A DNA stretch of 36,826 nucleotides, taken from the sequence record SRR20825010_3190. The stretch is one strand, 5' to 3'. The translations under genes were made by a program, and so were the position numbers. The notes under the pieces were generated by a model, which ran no database searches, was not told the DNA's origin, and worked only from the letters and a program-made list of their open reading frames with translations. Position 1 is the stretch's first letter, and the number at the start of each line of letters is the position of its first letter. Positions 28,121 to 36,826 of the stretch are shown here, piece after piece.

Positions 28121-30136
28121 TCAAGTAAACCGTGAGATCGTCTGGTAGGCGATCAAGGCGGCGACGTAAGCCAAGACGGTCATGTAGCCAAACTGGAACA
28201 CAGCCCATCCCCATGAGCCGGTTTCTTTCTTGGTAACAGCTTGTGTTGGAAGGCACTGCATCGCCAAAACGAAGAAGACCAGCAGGCTAACACATGTCGC
28301 GGGCGTGAAGACTCGATTGCCTTCCGCGTCGGTGGCCGACATCAGTCGATCGTGAAGCGAGGATTCGTCCTCGGGCTCAGGGCCCAAGCCGTAGAGAATG
28401 CTGAGCGTTGAGACGACCACTTCGCGAGCGGCGAAGCTGGTCATCACACCGACGCTGGTCTTCCAGTCGAAACCAAGCGGCGCGAAAACGGGTTGAACAA
28501 ACTTGCCCATCCGTCCAATCACCGCGTACTCCTGAGCGGCGAGTGCTCGACGATTTTCTAGGTCGTTCTCTTCGAGCGTTTCCGCGTTCAAGCCCGCCGT
28601 TTGCAGCTGCTCAGTGAAGCGTTCTTCCGGAAGCTTGGGATAGGTCGACAGAACCCAAATGCCAATGCTGATGGCCAGGATCACGACACCCGCGTCTCGC
28701 AGGAATCCCCATCCACGTTCATAAGCATGCCGAAGTGCGTTGCTGAGCGAAGGTGTGCGGTAAGGAGGTAAGTCCAGGATCAGTGGCGAGGCTTCACCCG
28801 GCAGGATCGATCGCTTTAGCAACCAAGCAACGAAGAAAGCGGCGACCATCCCGAGTGCGTAAGCCGATGCAAACAATAGCGCTGCTGACCAAGGGCTGGA
28901 CGGAAACAGCAGCGCGGCGACCATCGTGTAGACGGGAAGACGGGCCGAGCAAGTCATCAACGGAATGACCATGATCGCTGCCAGGCGGTCTCGTCGATTC
29001 GCGATGACTTTGGTGGACATGATCGCCGGGATGGCGCAGGCATGAGCAGCGAGCAACGGCACAAACGCTTGGCCAGGCAATCCGACGCGTCGCATCCAGC
29101 GATCGATCACGACGACAGCTCGCGAGAGATAACCGGAGTCCTCGAGGATGGCGAGCATGAAAAACAGAATGCAGATCTGCGGCAGGAAAATCACCACGCC
29201 GCCGATGCCAGCCAAAATTCCATCGGTGATCAAGCTGTTCAGGTCGCCTTCGGGCAACCAGCCGCCGACCTTCTCCGTCACCAATCCGAACGTGGCGTCA
29301 AGCCATTCCATCGGATACTGCGCGAGGTAAAACACCGACGCGAACGCGGCAACCATCACGGCGACAAAGATCACCGGGCCGAGGAAGCGATGGGTGGTGA
29401 CCTGATCAACCCGGTCCGTCCATTCTTCCGATGCGACGTATCCGGTTCGAGTGCTTTCACGAGCGAGAGTCGACGCCCAGCGATGGCCATCGGCGAACGG
29501 GCAAACTCCGCATGCACCGCACTCAATTTCAGCCGGCTCGGCTTCAGCACCCAGCACAACCATTTTTCGCGGGTGCAGCAATTGCCGAAGGTTGGATTTC
29601 AGTTCGTCCAGGCCTTCGCCGGTACGAGCCGATACACCAATGACGGGGCAGCCAAGTTTTTGTGAAAGGACATCCAAGTCGACGTCGACGCCGCTCTTGC
29701 GAGCCAGTTCGATCATGTTGACGGCGACCAGCGTCGGCCGTCCGCACTGGATTGCTTCGCGGGCTACGGCGAGGCTGCGTTGGAGATTGGTCGCGTCGAC
29801 CACGACCAGCACGCCCTCGGGAGGGCATTCGGATTCACCGGTGATGAATGCTCGAGCAATTTGTTCTTCGGGAGATGACGCCGTCAGCGAATACAGACCG
29901 GGCAAGTCAACCAACGTGCACGATTGACCCTCGTTCAAATCCGCGGTGCCGGTGCGTCGGTCCACGGTTGTCCCTGCGAAGTTGGAAGTCTTCGCCAGCA
30001 GGTTGGTCAGTCGGTTGAAGAGAGAGGTTTTGCCGACGTTGGGGTTGCCGACCATGGCAACCACTCGAGCTTGGCAAAGCTGTTGGGCGGAGGCATCTTC
30101 AGAAGAGTTGCACGGAGCAACCGGTGAAACGCTCAT
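28121..30136 (-). CDS. feoB: Ferrous iron transporter B
   Basis: GNPNVGKTS, NFAGTTV, DLPGLYSL, NMIE, LEDSGYLSR, MTCSARLPVY, AAREVVV. Confidence 0.95.
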   Translation of the reverse strand: MSVSPVAPCNSSEDASAQQLCQARVVAMVGNPNVGKTSLFNRLTNLLAKTSNFAGTTVDRRTGTADLNEGQSCTLVDLPGLYSLTASSPEEQIARAFITGESECPPEGVLVVVDATNLQRSLAVAREAIQCGRPTLVAVNMIELARKSGVDVDLDVLSQKLGCPVIGVSARTGEGLDELKSNLRQLLHPRKMVVLGAEAEPAEIECGACGVCPFADGHRWASTLARESTRTGYVASEEWTDRVDQVTTHRFLGPVIFVAVMVAAFASVFYLAQYPMEWLDATFGLVTEKVGGWLPEGDLNSLITDGILAGIGGVVIFLPQICILFFMLAILEDSGYLSRAVVVIDRWMRRVGLPGQAFVPLLAAHACAIPAIMSTKVIANRRDRLAAIMVIPLMTCSARLPVYTMVAALLFPSSPWSAALLFASAYALGMVAAFFVAWLLKRSILPGEASPLILDLPPYRTPSLSNALRHAYERGWGFLRDAGVVILAISIGIWVLSTYPKLPEERFTEQLQTAGLNAETLEENDLENRRALAAQEYAVIGRMGKFVQPVFAPLGFDWKTSVGVMTSFAAREVVVSTLSILYGLGPEPEDESSLHDRLMSATDAEGNRVFTPATCVSLLVFFVLAMQCLPTQAVTKKETGSWGWAVFQFGYMTVLAYVAALIAYQTISRFT

Positions 30137-30363
30137 CCGTCAGTGGCTCGAACGAAGATCTGTTGAGCGATCTCCCCAGCAACGGCGATCCGACTTCCTG
30201 CTGCTTTCAGGATCAGCGGATTGCCTCGGCGAGACAACTGGACCAACTGACCTTCAAACAAACCCAACGCTTTCAAACGCGAAGCGCAGTTTTCGGGCAA
30301 GTCCAAACGAACGATTTCGGCACTGTTGGACCCGCAACGGTCCAGGGCGAGTTCAGCGATCAA
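30133..30363 (-). CDS. feoA: Ferrous iron transport protein A
   Basis: RLKALGLFEGQ...GNPLILKAAGSRIAV; TTG start with AGGTG RBS; ATGA overlap with feoB. Confidence 0.9.
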   Translation of the reverse strand: MIAELALDRCGSNSAEIVRLDLPENCASRLKALGLFEGQLVQLSRRGNPLILKAAGSRIAVAGEIAQQIFVRATDG

Positions 30364-30376
30364 GTCATCACCTGTA

Positions 30377-30395
30377 AATGAGAACGGTTCTCGAT
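30377..30395. promoter_or_regulatory. Fur-box-like operator upstream of feoAB
   Basis: AATGAGAAC-G-GTTCTCGAT with a perfect GAGAAC/GTTCTC inverted repeat and 1-nt spacer, just upstream of the feoA RBS. Confidence 0.6.
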
Positions 30396-30787
30396 TGCGT
30401 CCACTTTAGATCTTCGAGCGACCGGTGGGTAGTGGGACGTCTCTCCGAATGTGCACAAATTTTGCAGTTCACTTGTTCACAACGGATCTTTCATTCAACA
30501 CCGGTATCGAGGCATCGTCAGGCACAAAAGCAGCTATTTGTCGTCCAATGAGTCGCAGTGATTGGCGAATCGCCTCCGGTGGGGGGGCGAGTTGGCCTCA
30601 GAATACGCCGGTACGGTCGTTCGCAGTGATGATACGTTGGCACTGTGAGGTTTGAGCGTTTCGATCAACAAGCGGATTTCGATATGCTTCCAAGTTGCTC
30701 GCAGCTTGTCTTTGTCCGCCGGTTTGTCGGACCCTTTCTTCTTTCTCTTTATCGCGCGAGTACTTTTCCTTCGTTTGGCTGATTGAT

Positions 30788-31231
30788 ATGTCGCATGCAA
30801 CGGTTTCGAGTTTGGATGAGGTCCACATTTTGCTGGTGGAAGACAACGAAATCGATGTGATGGCGTTTCAACGCGGAATCAAAAAAAACGATGTCCCCAA
30901 TCCACTGACGGTGGCAGAAAACGGTCAAGAAGCTCTTGATATTCTGCGAGGAGAGCATCCCGATAAATCGATCGGGCCCCATCGGATGGTCTTTCTTGAT
31001 CTGAACATGCCAATCATGACCGGCGTGGAGTTTCTCGAGGAGATCCGCCGCGACCCGGAACTTTGTTCGACCGTCGTTTTCGTGCTGACGACATCCGATC
31101 ATGAAGTGGACTTGGTTGCGGCCTACAAGAAAAACGTTGCCGGCTACATCTTGAAGTCACGCGTCGGTGATGCGTGCCGGAATCTTCACGATCTGATTCG
31201 ATCCTATTGGCGGATCGTTGTGATTCCGTAA
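30788..31231 (+). CDS. Single-domain response regulator (Rcp1-like)
   Basis: ILLVEDN, FLDLNMP, VLTTS, GYILK, C-terminal YWRIVVIP typical of the Rcp1/RcpA subfamily. Confidence 0.9.
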   Translation: MSHATVSSLDEVHILLVEDNEIDVMAFQRGIKKNDVPNPLTVAENGQEALDILRGEHPDKSIGPHRMVFLDLNMPIMTGVEFLEEIRRDPELCSTVVFVLTTSDHEVDLVAAYKKNVAGYILKSRVGDACRNLHDLIRSYWRIVVIP

Positions 31232-31275
31232 CACGCACTCGTGATTGGGCGGATTGCTTCGCCTGGGCGGCTGGT

Positions 31276-32316
31276 TCAGTTCAACCAGTCGAGTTCAATG
31301 TCGTCGATGATCAAGGAATTCGAAACATCGTTTCCAAAGTCTTTGAATCGATCGAGTTGCCAGACAACTTTCTTCGTTGAGGGTTCCAGCTCAATCAGAA
31401 TGGGTTGTCCGGGGCCAGCGTGGCAATTGCCGATCACGTAGTTGCCATTTTCTAAAATCTGCAGCGTCGTGACCCAAGCCAAGCGGATTCCGGGGAGATC
31501 GTTTTGATGGATCTCCCAAACAATCTTCTTGTTCGGAGTGACCTCGAGGACACTGTGCCCGTTCCCGGACGCGATCAGCGTGTTGCCGTTGTCCATTCGC
31601 AACGCAGCAAACAACCGGTTGCCGAATGCCTCTGGGCCGTGACCACGAGCGGATTGTTTGCCGAACATAGGTACTTCATATTCCCACACCACGTCGCCAT
31701 CGCGATTGTATTCGCGAGCCTTGCCATCAGCTTCGTGTGCGACCAAGTAGTTGCCTGAGTCGAGGCGACGTACCAAACGAGTGTCGGTGTGTGCGTTGGG
31801 TTTTTCTACCTGCAAGGCAATTTGATGAACGATGTTTCCGTCACGATCGACCTCGATCAGTCGTTGAGCACCGGACTCGGCGATCATTAGATTGCCGTTG
31901 GGGAGAGGCTCAAATGCGTGGACTTCGATTCGTTTACCCGCGTTGCCACCCTGTTTCCCGCAATCATAGCTCCACACGACTGACTTTGTGCTCGGGTCAA
32001 TGTCAACCACGGTTGCCGGGCCTTGCCGAGTCAGGATGTGACCGTTTGGCAGCAGGTGGAGATCGTGAATGCCGCCCCAATCCATTTGCCATCCGATGGA
32101 ACCGTCCGGTTCGACGACGACCAGACCTTTCTTCCCGTGCAATAGCACGCGGTGTTGAGCGGTTGTTTCTTCGGCCGACACGGGGCTGGTTTGCATCGCA
32201 AAACCAATCAGCGTTGCGGCGATGACCGGCAAGAACGCTCGGCGGGTGGTTGGGAATTGGAGTGCCGCGGTCGTCGTCTGGGACGAGCCGGTCCAAACGG
32301 GCAAATTCAGAATCAT
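31276..32316 (-). CDS. Secreted beta-propeller protein (PQQ-like repeats)
   Basis: Repeats of LxNGN/H-xL...E-xD-xxGxxVW; TRRAFL twin-arginine-like signal followed by a hydrophobic stretch and VSA. Start uncertain. Confidence 0.8.
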   Translation of the reverse strand: MILNLPVWTGSSQTTTAALQFPTTRRAFLPVIAATLIGFAMQTSPVSAEETTAQHRVLLHGKKGLVVVEPDGSIGWQMDWGGIHDLHLLPNGHILTRQGPATVVDIDPSTKSVVWSYDCGKQGGNAGKRIEVHAFEPLPNGNLMIAESGAQRLIEVDRDGNIVHQIALQVEKPNAHTDTRLVRRLDSGNYLVAHEADGKAREYNRDGDVVWEYEVPMFGKQSARGHGPEAFGNRLFAALRMDNGNTLIASGNGHSVLEVTPNKKIVWEIHQNDLPGIRLAWVTTLQILENGNYVIGNCHAGPGQPILIELEPSTKKVVWQLDRFKDFGNDVSNSLIIDDIELDWLN

Positions 32317-32766
32317 GGGGACGTGCTTCTGCGAGGAGGGATTTGGGAAGGGATCTTAGCGATCGGTTCCGATGATAGACGAATCCGCTAGTGGAAAGGC
32401 ATCGTTAGGGAAGAATCACGCAATCCTTTGTTTGCGAAGATGGCAGGGTTGCACGTGGCAAGAAAACTGAGGATTGAAGCCGATTTGTTGTGGGCCGGCC
32501 GAATTCTGTGGGGAGCCGATCAGGTATTACGGCCGCTGATTGACACTTTTGTGCAGCGATTCGGTCGCTCCTGCCGATCTTTGCCCGAACAGCCGGTTCC
32601 TTGTGCTAGCCTGCACGCCCTCCGAGAAGCAGGGGCCGGTCAACGAAACGGCAAACTGCCAACCGTGCAGAATCCGGGCGGTCGCCCTAGCAGCTTTGAC
32701 GACTATCCGATATGCTCCCCCGCTTCGTTTTTCGAAAATCACCATCCAACCAGTGTTGATGCCCTC

Positions 32767-32973
32767 ATGGGAACCAAAATCAAAACGCACAAAGGGACCA
32801 AAAAACGGTTCCGTCTGTCGGCCAAAGGCAAGGCGATGCACCGTCAAAGCGGTACCAGCCACTTGGCCAAGGGTTTGAGCAAAAAACGTCGTCGTAACCT
32901 GCGTGGAACCACCGCAGTTGCTGAGTGCATGGAACCAACCATTCACGCAGCTCTGAACGGCCACAGCTACTAA
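32767..32973 (+). CDS. rpmI: 50S ribosomal protein L35
   Basis: KIKTHKGTKKRF...GK...H...KKRRRNLRG; directly upstream of rplT. Confidence 0.95.
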   Translation: MGTKIKTHKGTKKRFRLSAKGKAMHRQSGTSHLAKGLSKKRRRNLRGTTAVAECMEPTIHAALNGHSY

Positions 32974-33132
32974 TTCGACCTGACTTACACTTCTTTTTCC
33001 ACAACGGAATCCTACGGCCACCTGGTTGGGCGGAACTTCGGAGATGGAACGGTCGCGTTGACCTTTTCTTTCTGCCGGGGCCTGAATCAGGACGACCCGA
33101 AAGATCACCACAGCATTTAGGAATTCAATTCG

Positions 33133-33489
33133 ATGCGTACGACCAAAGGTGCCGCTCGCCGGCAATCTAAGAAGCGTCTTTTTAAACGAGCCAAAGGTTT
33201 TCGCGGTGGCCGCGGGAATCTGACGCGTACCGTCAAAGAAACCCTGCTCCGTTCGGGCGCATTCGCATTCCGCGACCGTCGCGTCCGCAAACGTGAATTC
33301 CGCAAGCTGTGGATCATTCGGATCAACGCCGCCGTCAAGCAACACGGGTTGCGCTACAGTGAGTTCATCCACGGCCTGAACAAAGCCGGGATCCAACTCG
33401 ATCGCAAATCATTGTCGGAAATGGCGATTCATGACGCCGCCGGCTTCAAGCAGGTTTGCGACAAGGTCAAAGAGACTCTGGCAGCTTAA
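33133..33489 (+). CDS. rplT: 50S ribosomal protein L20
   Basis: [48 protein letters not shown]. Confidence 0.98.
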   Translation: MRTTKGAARRQSKKRLFKRAKGFRGGRGNLTRTVKETLLRSGAFAFRDRRVRKREFRKLWIIRINAAVKQHGLRYSEFIHGLNKAGIQLDRKSLSEMAIHDAAGFKQVCDKVKETLAA

Positions 33490-33498
33490 GTCGCCATC

Positions 33499-34542
33499 AT
33501 GTCACTCGATCAATTCCTCACCCGGCTGGATCAACTCCAGTCGGACGCTGAATCCGCGTTCACTTCGGCTTCCGATGCGGCAGCGCTCGAGGAAGCTCGC
33601 GTGACGTTTTTGGGCGCCAAGAAAGGGCAGCTCAAAGACATTCAAAAAATGCTCGGCGGAATCGAAAAGGCTGACAAGCCTGCCGCCGGCGCGAAGCTGA
33701 ATGCCGTCAAGTCGGCCATCAACGCTGCGTTCGAAGACGCCCAGCAGAACCTTTCCGGAGGGGATGATTCAGGGGCGGACCCAACCTTCGACCCTACCCT
33801 GCCTGGAACTCGGCCGTCGCTCGGGCACATTCACCCGATCACCCAAACGATCAGTCACCTGACTGAGATCATGGGGCGGATGGGATTTGAGGTTGCCGAA
33901 GGTCCCGAAGTCGAAGATCCCTGGCACAACTTCGTCGCGTTGAACATCCCGGAAGATCACCCCGCTCGTGATCCACTGGACAACTTCTATCTGGCGACCG
34001 CGAAAGATCCGTCGGGCAAAAGCTCAGTGAGTGCCGGTGATGAAGGCTCTCAGTTGCTGCGGAGCCAAACCAGCACGGTTCAGATTCGCGTGATGAAACA
34101 GGTTGAGCCGCCGATCCGAATCATTTCGCTCGGACGTGTCTATCGACCCGACGCACCGGACGCGACGCACTTCCCGATGTTCCATCAGATGGAAGGGTTG
34201 CTGGTCGACACCAACGTGACGATGGCCAACTTGAAGACCGTCCTGCGTGTTTTCGCGAACAACTATCTTGGCGAAGACGTTGAGATTCGCTTCCGCCCAT
34301 CGTTCTTCCCGTTCACCGAACCCAGCGTCGAAGTCGACTTCCTGTGGAACGGAACGTGGATTGAATTTGGCGGTGCCGGGATGATCGATCCCAACGTGTT
34401 CGCTGCCGTTGGTTATGACCCAGAAAAGGTCAGCGGATTCGCCTTCGGGCTCGGCGTCGAACGCCTGTGCATGCGACGTCACGGAATCACCGACATTCGT
34501 GACTTGTACAGCGGCGACTTGCGATTCTTGAAACAGTTTTGA
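33499..34542 (+). CDS. pheS: Phenylalanine--tRNA ligase alpha subunit
   Basis: [53 protein letters not shown]. Confidence 0.98.
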   Translation: MSLDQFLTRLDQLQSDAESAFTSASDAAALEEARVTFLGAKKGQLKDIQKMLGGIEKADKPAAGAKLNAVKSAINAAFEDAQQNLSGGDDSGADPTFDPTLPGTRPSLGHIHPITQTISHLTEIMGRMGFEVAEGPEVEDPWHNFVALNIPEDHPARDPLDNFYLATAKDPSGKSSVSAGDEGSQLLRSQTSTVQIRVMKQVEPPIRIISLGRVYRPDAPDATHFPMFHQMEGLLVDTNVTMANLKTVLRVFANNYLGEDVEIRFRPSFFPFTEPSVEVDFLWNGTWIEFGGAGMIDPNVFAAVGYDPEKVSGFAFGLGVERLCMRRHGITDIRDLYSGDLRFLKQF

Positions 34543-34733
34543 GTATTCGGAACGTGGTTGGCGCGAGCTGGGTTTAGCTTCAGTCGACTGACTTTGAAGA
34601 AGCAACTCGCGGTCCGAATTCTGGCGAATCCGGCTACCGGCTTTCGATCGTGTGAAGACACAGTCGACGCCACGTTCTGTGATGCCTAGCAACATATTCC
34701 CTTCCGACTTCAACTTCTGCCCACTTCGCTCTC

Positions 34734-36779
34734 ATGCTTGTTTCTTGGAAATGGTTGTCGCGATACGTTGACATGACGCTGTCCCACGATGAGTTGGTTG
34801 ATCGGCTCAGTCTGTCTGGGTTGAATCACGAAGGCAGCGAGACCGTCGACGGCGATGTCGTGATCGATTTGGAAGTCACCAGCAACCGCGGTGATTGCCT
34901 GGGGCACATTGGTGTCGCTCGTGAGATAGCGGCACTCACGGATCAAAAGCTGAAGATCCCAACGATCGAATACCAAGAGTCCGGCTCGGCGGTGGATGAT
35001 TCACTTGCAGTCGCCAATGAGATGCCCGAAGCCTGCCCTCGCTACACCGCTCGAGTGATTCGCGGCGTCAAGGTCGGCGACAGCCCCAAGTGGTTGCAGG
35101 AGTCGTTGAAGGCCGTTGGCATTGGCGTGGTCAACAACGTCGTCGACGCGACCAATTACGTGATGATGGAATGTGGCCAACCGCTTCACGCGTTTGATCT
35201 CGCGAAAGTCGGCGATGGCAAAATCGTTGTTCGCCCAGGCAAAGAGAAGGAACAACTCGAGGCCATCGATCACCGCAATTACGACCTGAATGATTCGACT
35301 TGCGTGATCGCGGATTCGTCTGCCGCGTTGGCCGTTGGCGGTGTGATGGGTGGAGCATCTTCGGAAGTCACCGAAGCGACGGCCGACATCGTTTTGGAAG
35401 CCGCTGAGTTTGTGCCGTTGTCGGTTCGCCGGACGGCGCGTCGATTGAAACTGCACAGCCCATCGTCGTTCCGATTTGAACGTCGCGTGGATCCAGTCGG
35501 GATTGATTGGGCCAGTCGCCGAGCGTGTCAGTTGATCACCGAGATCGCTGGCGGATCGGTGGCACCGGGCGTCATCGACACCGCGCCGGAGATTCCCGTT
35601 CGCGAGACCGTGTTGCTGCGTCCCAAACGAGTTGCGGCGCTGTTGGGTTTGGAAATTGAAACCGCGGAGCTGGACAAAATCTTGCGTTCGCTCGGTTGCG
35701 AAGTTTCCGCCTTCGCCGATGGGTTGCAGTGTGTCCCTCCAAGCTGGCGTCATGATTTGACTCGCGAGGTCGATTTGATCGAAGAGGTCGCACGAATTCA
35801 CGGCTACGATCAGATCCCGGAAGACTCTCCGATTCCAGTTGCTCCTAGCAGCAAGCGTCGTTTTGACACCGCGATGGAACGCATTCGTGGTGTGTTGACC
35901 GCGGCTGGAATCAGCGAAGCGATGACGCCAAGTGTGGTCACCGAAAAGCTGGATCAGATGATCTCGCCTTGGACGGAGTTGCCTGCACTGCAAACTCGCA
36001 CGTCGATGTTAGAAGGTGCCCGGACGCTGCGACGATCGTTGATTCCAAGTTTGCTGCAAAGCCGCGCCGCGAACTGGGCTTCGGCCAGTTTGGTCGCGGA
36101 CTTGTTCGAGATCGCTCACGTTTACTTGCCCGCACCGGCGGGTAGCGACAGTGCGTTGCTGCCCGATGAGACTTATCACATTGGATTGATTGCCGGCGAA
36201 GACTTCTTTGCTCTCAAAGGCACCATTGAAACGCTTTGCGATCGCTTGGGCATCCCTGGTGAATTGACCGTCGGTCCCGTGCAGCGAGATGGTTTTGCCA
36301 AGGGGGGTGCCGTTGAGCTGACGCTCGTTGGTGACGATGCCAAAGAGCCGTTGCGGTTGGGCTTCCTTGGTTTTGTCGATGACAAGTTGGTCAAGCAATG
36401 GAAGTTGACCGGCCGTGTTGTCGCCGCGGAATTGTCGGCTGACGTGTTGGTCAATCAATCGCGATTGGTGCCGCAGCAGCAGGCGGTCAGTTCATTCCCA
36501 TCGATTCAGCGTGACCTCAATTTGGTGTTGCCGGAGTCGGTGCGTTGGAACGAGTTGGCCGAGTTGGTTCGCAAGGCGGCGAAGGAACGTTTGGCGGATC
36601 TGACCTATCGCGAAACGTATCGCAACGAAAAGGTCGACGGCCCGAACAAGAAACGCGTGTTGTTCTCGATGGAACTGCAGAGCCAGACGGAGACGCTCAG
36701 CGGCGGCGATGCCGATTCGATCATCAATGAGTTGGTCGCGTCCTGCGAAAAACAGCTCGAAGCCGTATTGCTTCGCTAG
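34734..36779 (+). CDS. pheT: Phenylalanine--tRNA ligase beta subunit (short form)
   Basis: VTSNRGDCLG, GQPLHAFD, GGVMGG, SFRFERRVDP, PSWRHDL...DLIEEVARIHGY, FPSIQRDL. Confidence 0.97.
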   Translation: MLVSWKWLSRYVDMTLSHDELVDRLSLSGLNHEGSETVDGDVVIDLEVTSNRGDCLGHIGVAREIAALTDQKLKIPTIEYQESGSAVDDSLAVANEMPEACPRYTARVIRGVKVGDSPKWLQESLKAVGIGVVNNVVDATNYVMMECGQPLHAFDLAKVGDGKIVVRPGKEKEQLEAIDHRNYDLNDSTCVIADSSAALAVGGVMGGASSEVTEATADIVLEAAEFVPLSVRRTARRLKLHSPSSFRFERRVDPVGIDWASRRACQLITEIAGGSVAPGVIDTAPEIPVRETVLLRPKRVAALLGLEIETAELDKILRSLGCEVSAFADGLQCVPPSWRHDLTREVDLIEEVARIHGYDQIPEDSPIPVAPSSKRRFDTAMERIRGVLTAAGISEAMTPSVVTEKLDQMISPWTELPALQTRTSMLEGARTLRRSLIPSLLQSRAANWASASLVADLFEIAHVYLPAPAGSDSALLPDETYHIGLIAGEDFFALKGTIETLCDRLGIPGELTVGPVQRDGFAKGGAVELTLVGDDAKEPLRLGFLGFVDDKLVKQWKLTGRVVAAELSADVLVNQSRLVPQQQAVSSFPSIQRDLNLVLPESVRWNELAELVRKAAKERLADLTYRETYRNEKVDGPNKKRVLFSMELQSQTETLSGGDADSIINELVASCEKQLEAVLLR

Positions 36780-36826
36780 ATCGCTCTCAAATTTCCGTAG
36801 GCCATGTTCGACATGGCGAGGTGAAT

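Noticed and set aside
30714-30750. Hairpin plus pyrimidine tract upstream of the response regulator, resembling an attenuator
   Set aside because: Only a 5-bp stem; too weak to call.
32428-32766. 113-aa extension upstream of L35
   Set aside because: No similarity to IF3 or any motif; L35 homology begins at ATG 32767.
32527-33396. 289-aa ORF antisense to rpmI-rplT
   Set aside because: Typical shadow frame of conserved ribosomal protein genes.
34543-34733. Palindromes (CAGTCGACTG, repeated GTCGAC) in the pheS-pheT spacer
   Set aside because: Short, GTCGAC is frequent in this window, and there is no T-box or terminator signature.
35001-35993. 330-aa ORF antisense to pheT
   Set aside because: Shadow ORF expected from GC-rich codon bias; no recognisable domain.
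1-36826. CRISPR arrays, tRNA/rRNA genes, IS elements, prophage
   Set aside because: No regularly spaced repeats, cloverleaf or rRNA motifs, or transposase/integrase ORFs seen by eye; short RNAs could have been missed.

Overview
Gene-dense window, about 56% GC by eye, from a Planctomycete. Gene content and protein style point to Rhodopirellula or a close relative (recognition, not a database result). It holds about 31 protein genes; I found no rRNA, tRNA, CRISPR array or transposase. Housekeeping genes include moaC, a polyprenyl synthase, mlaE/F/D-type transport, feoAB and rpmI-rplT-pheS-pheT. The strongest candidate for an undescribed system is a compact minus-strand type II fatty-acid/polyketide-like cassette (8224-11007). 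It encodes a FabZ-like dehydratase, an oversized ACP (GAES motif, ~45-aa insertion), a second FabZ-like protein lacking the catalytic His, and a FabF-like ketosynthase. Nearby are a MazG/membrane protein/ABC ATPase unit, an Stf3-like sulfotransferase, a deacetylase/GT4/acyltransferase operon and an Mla/MCE transporter. Other oddities are a long structured non-coding region upstream of an HTH-REC regulator, a FeoB with an internal CxxCxxC motif and an upstream Fur-like box, a PheT without its OB-fold domain, and a membrane protein with repeated basic-aromatic motifs in an acidic tail. Starts were adjusted by hand from the ORF track; family calls rest on motif recognition only.
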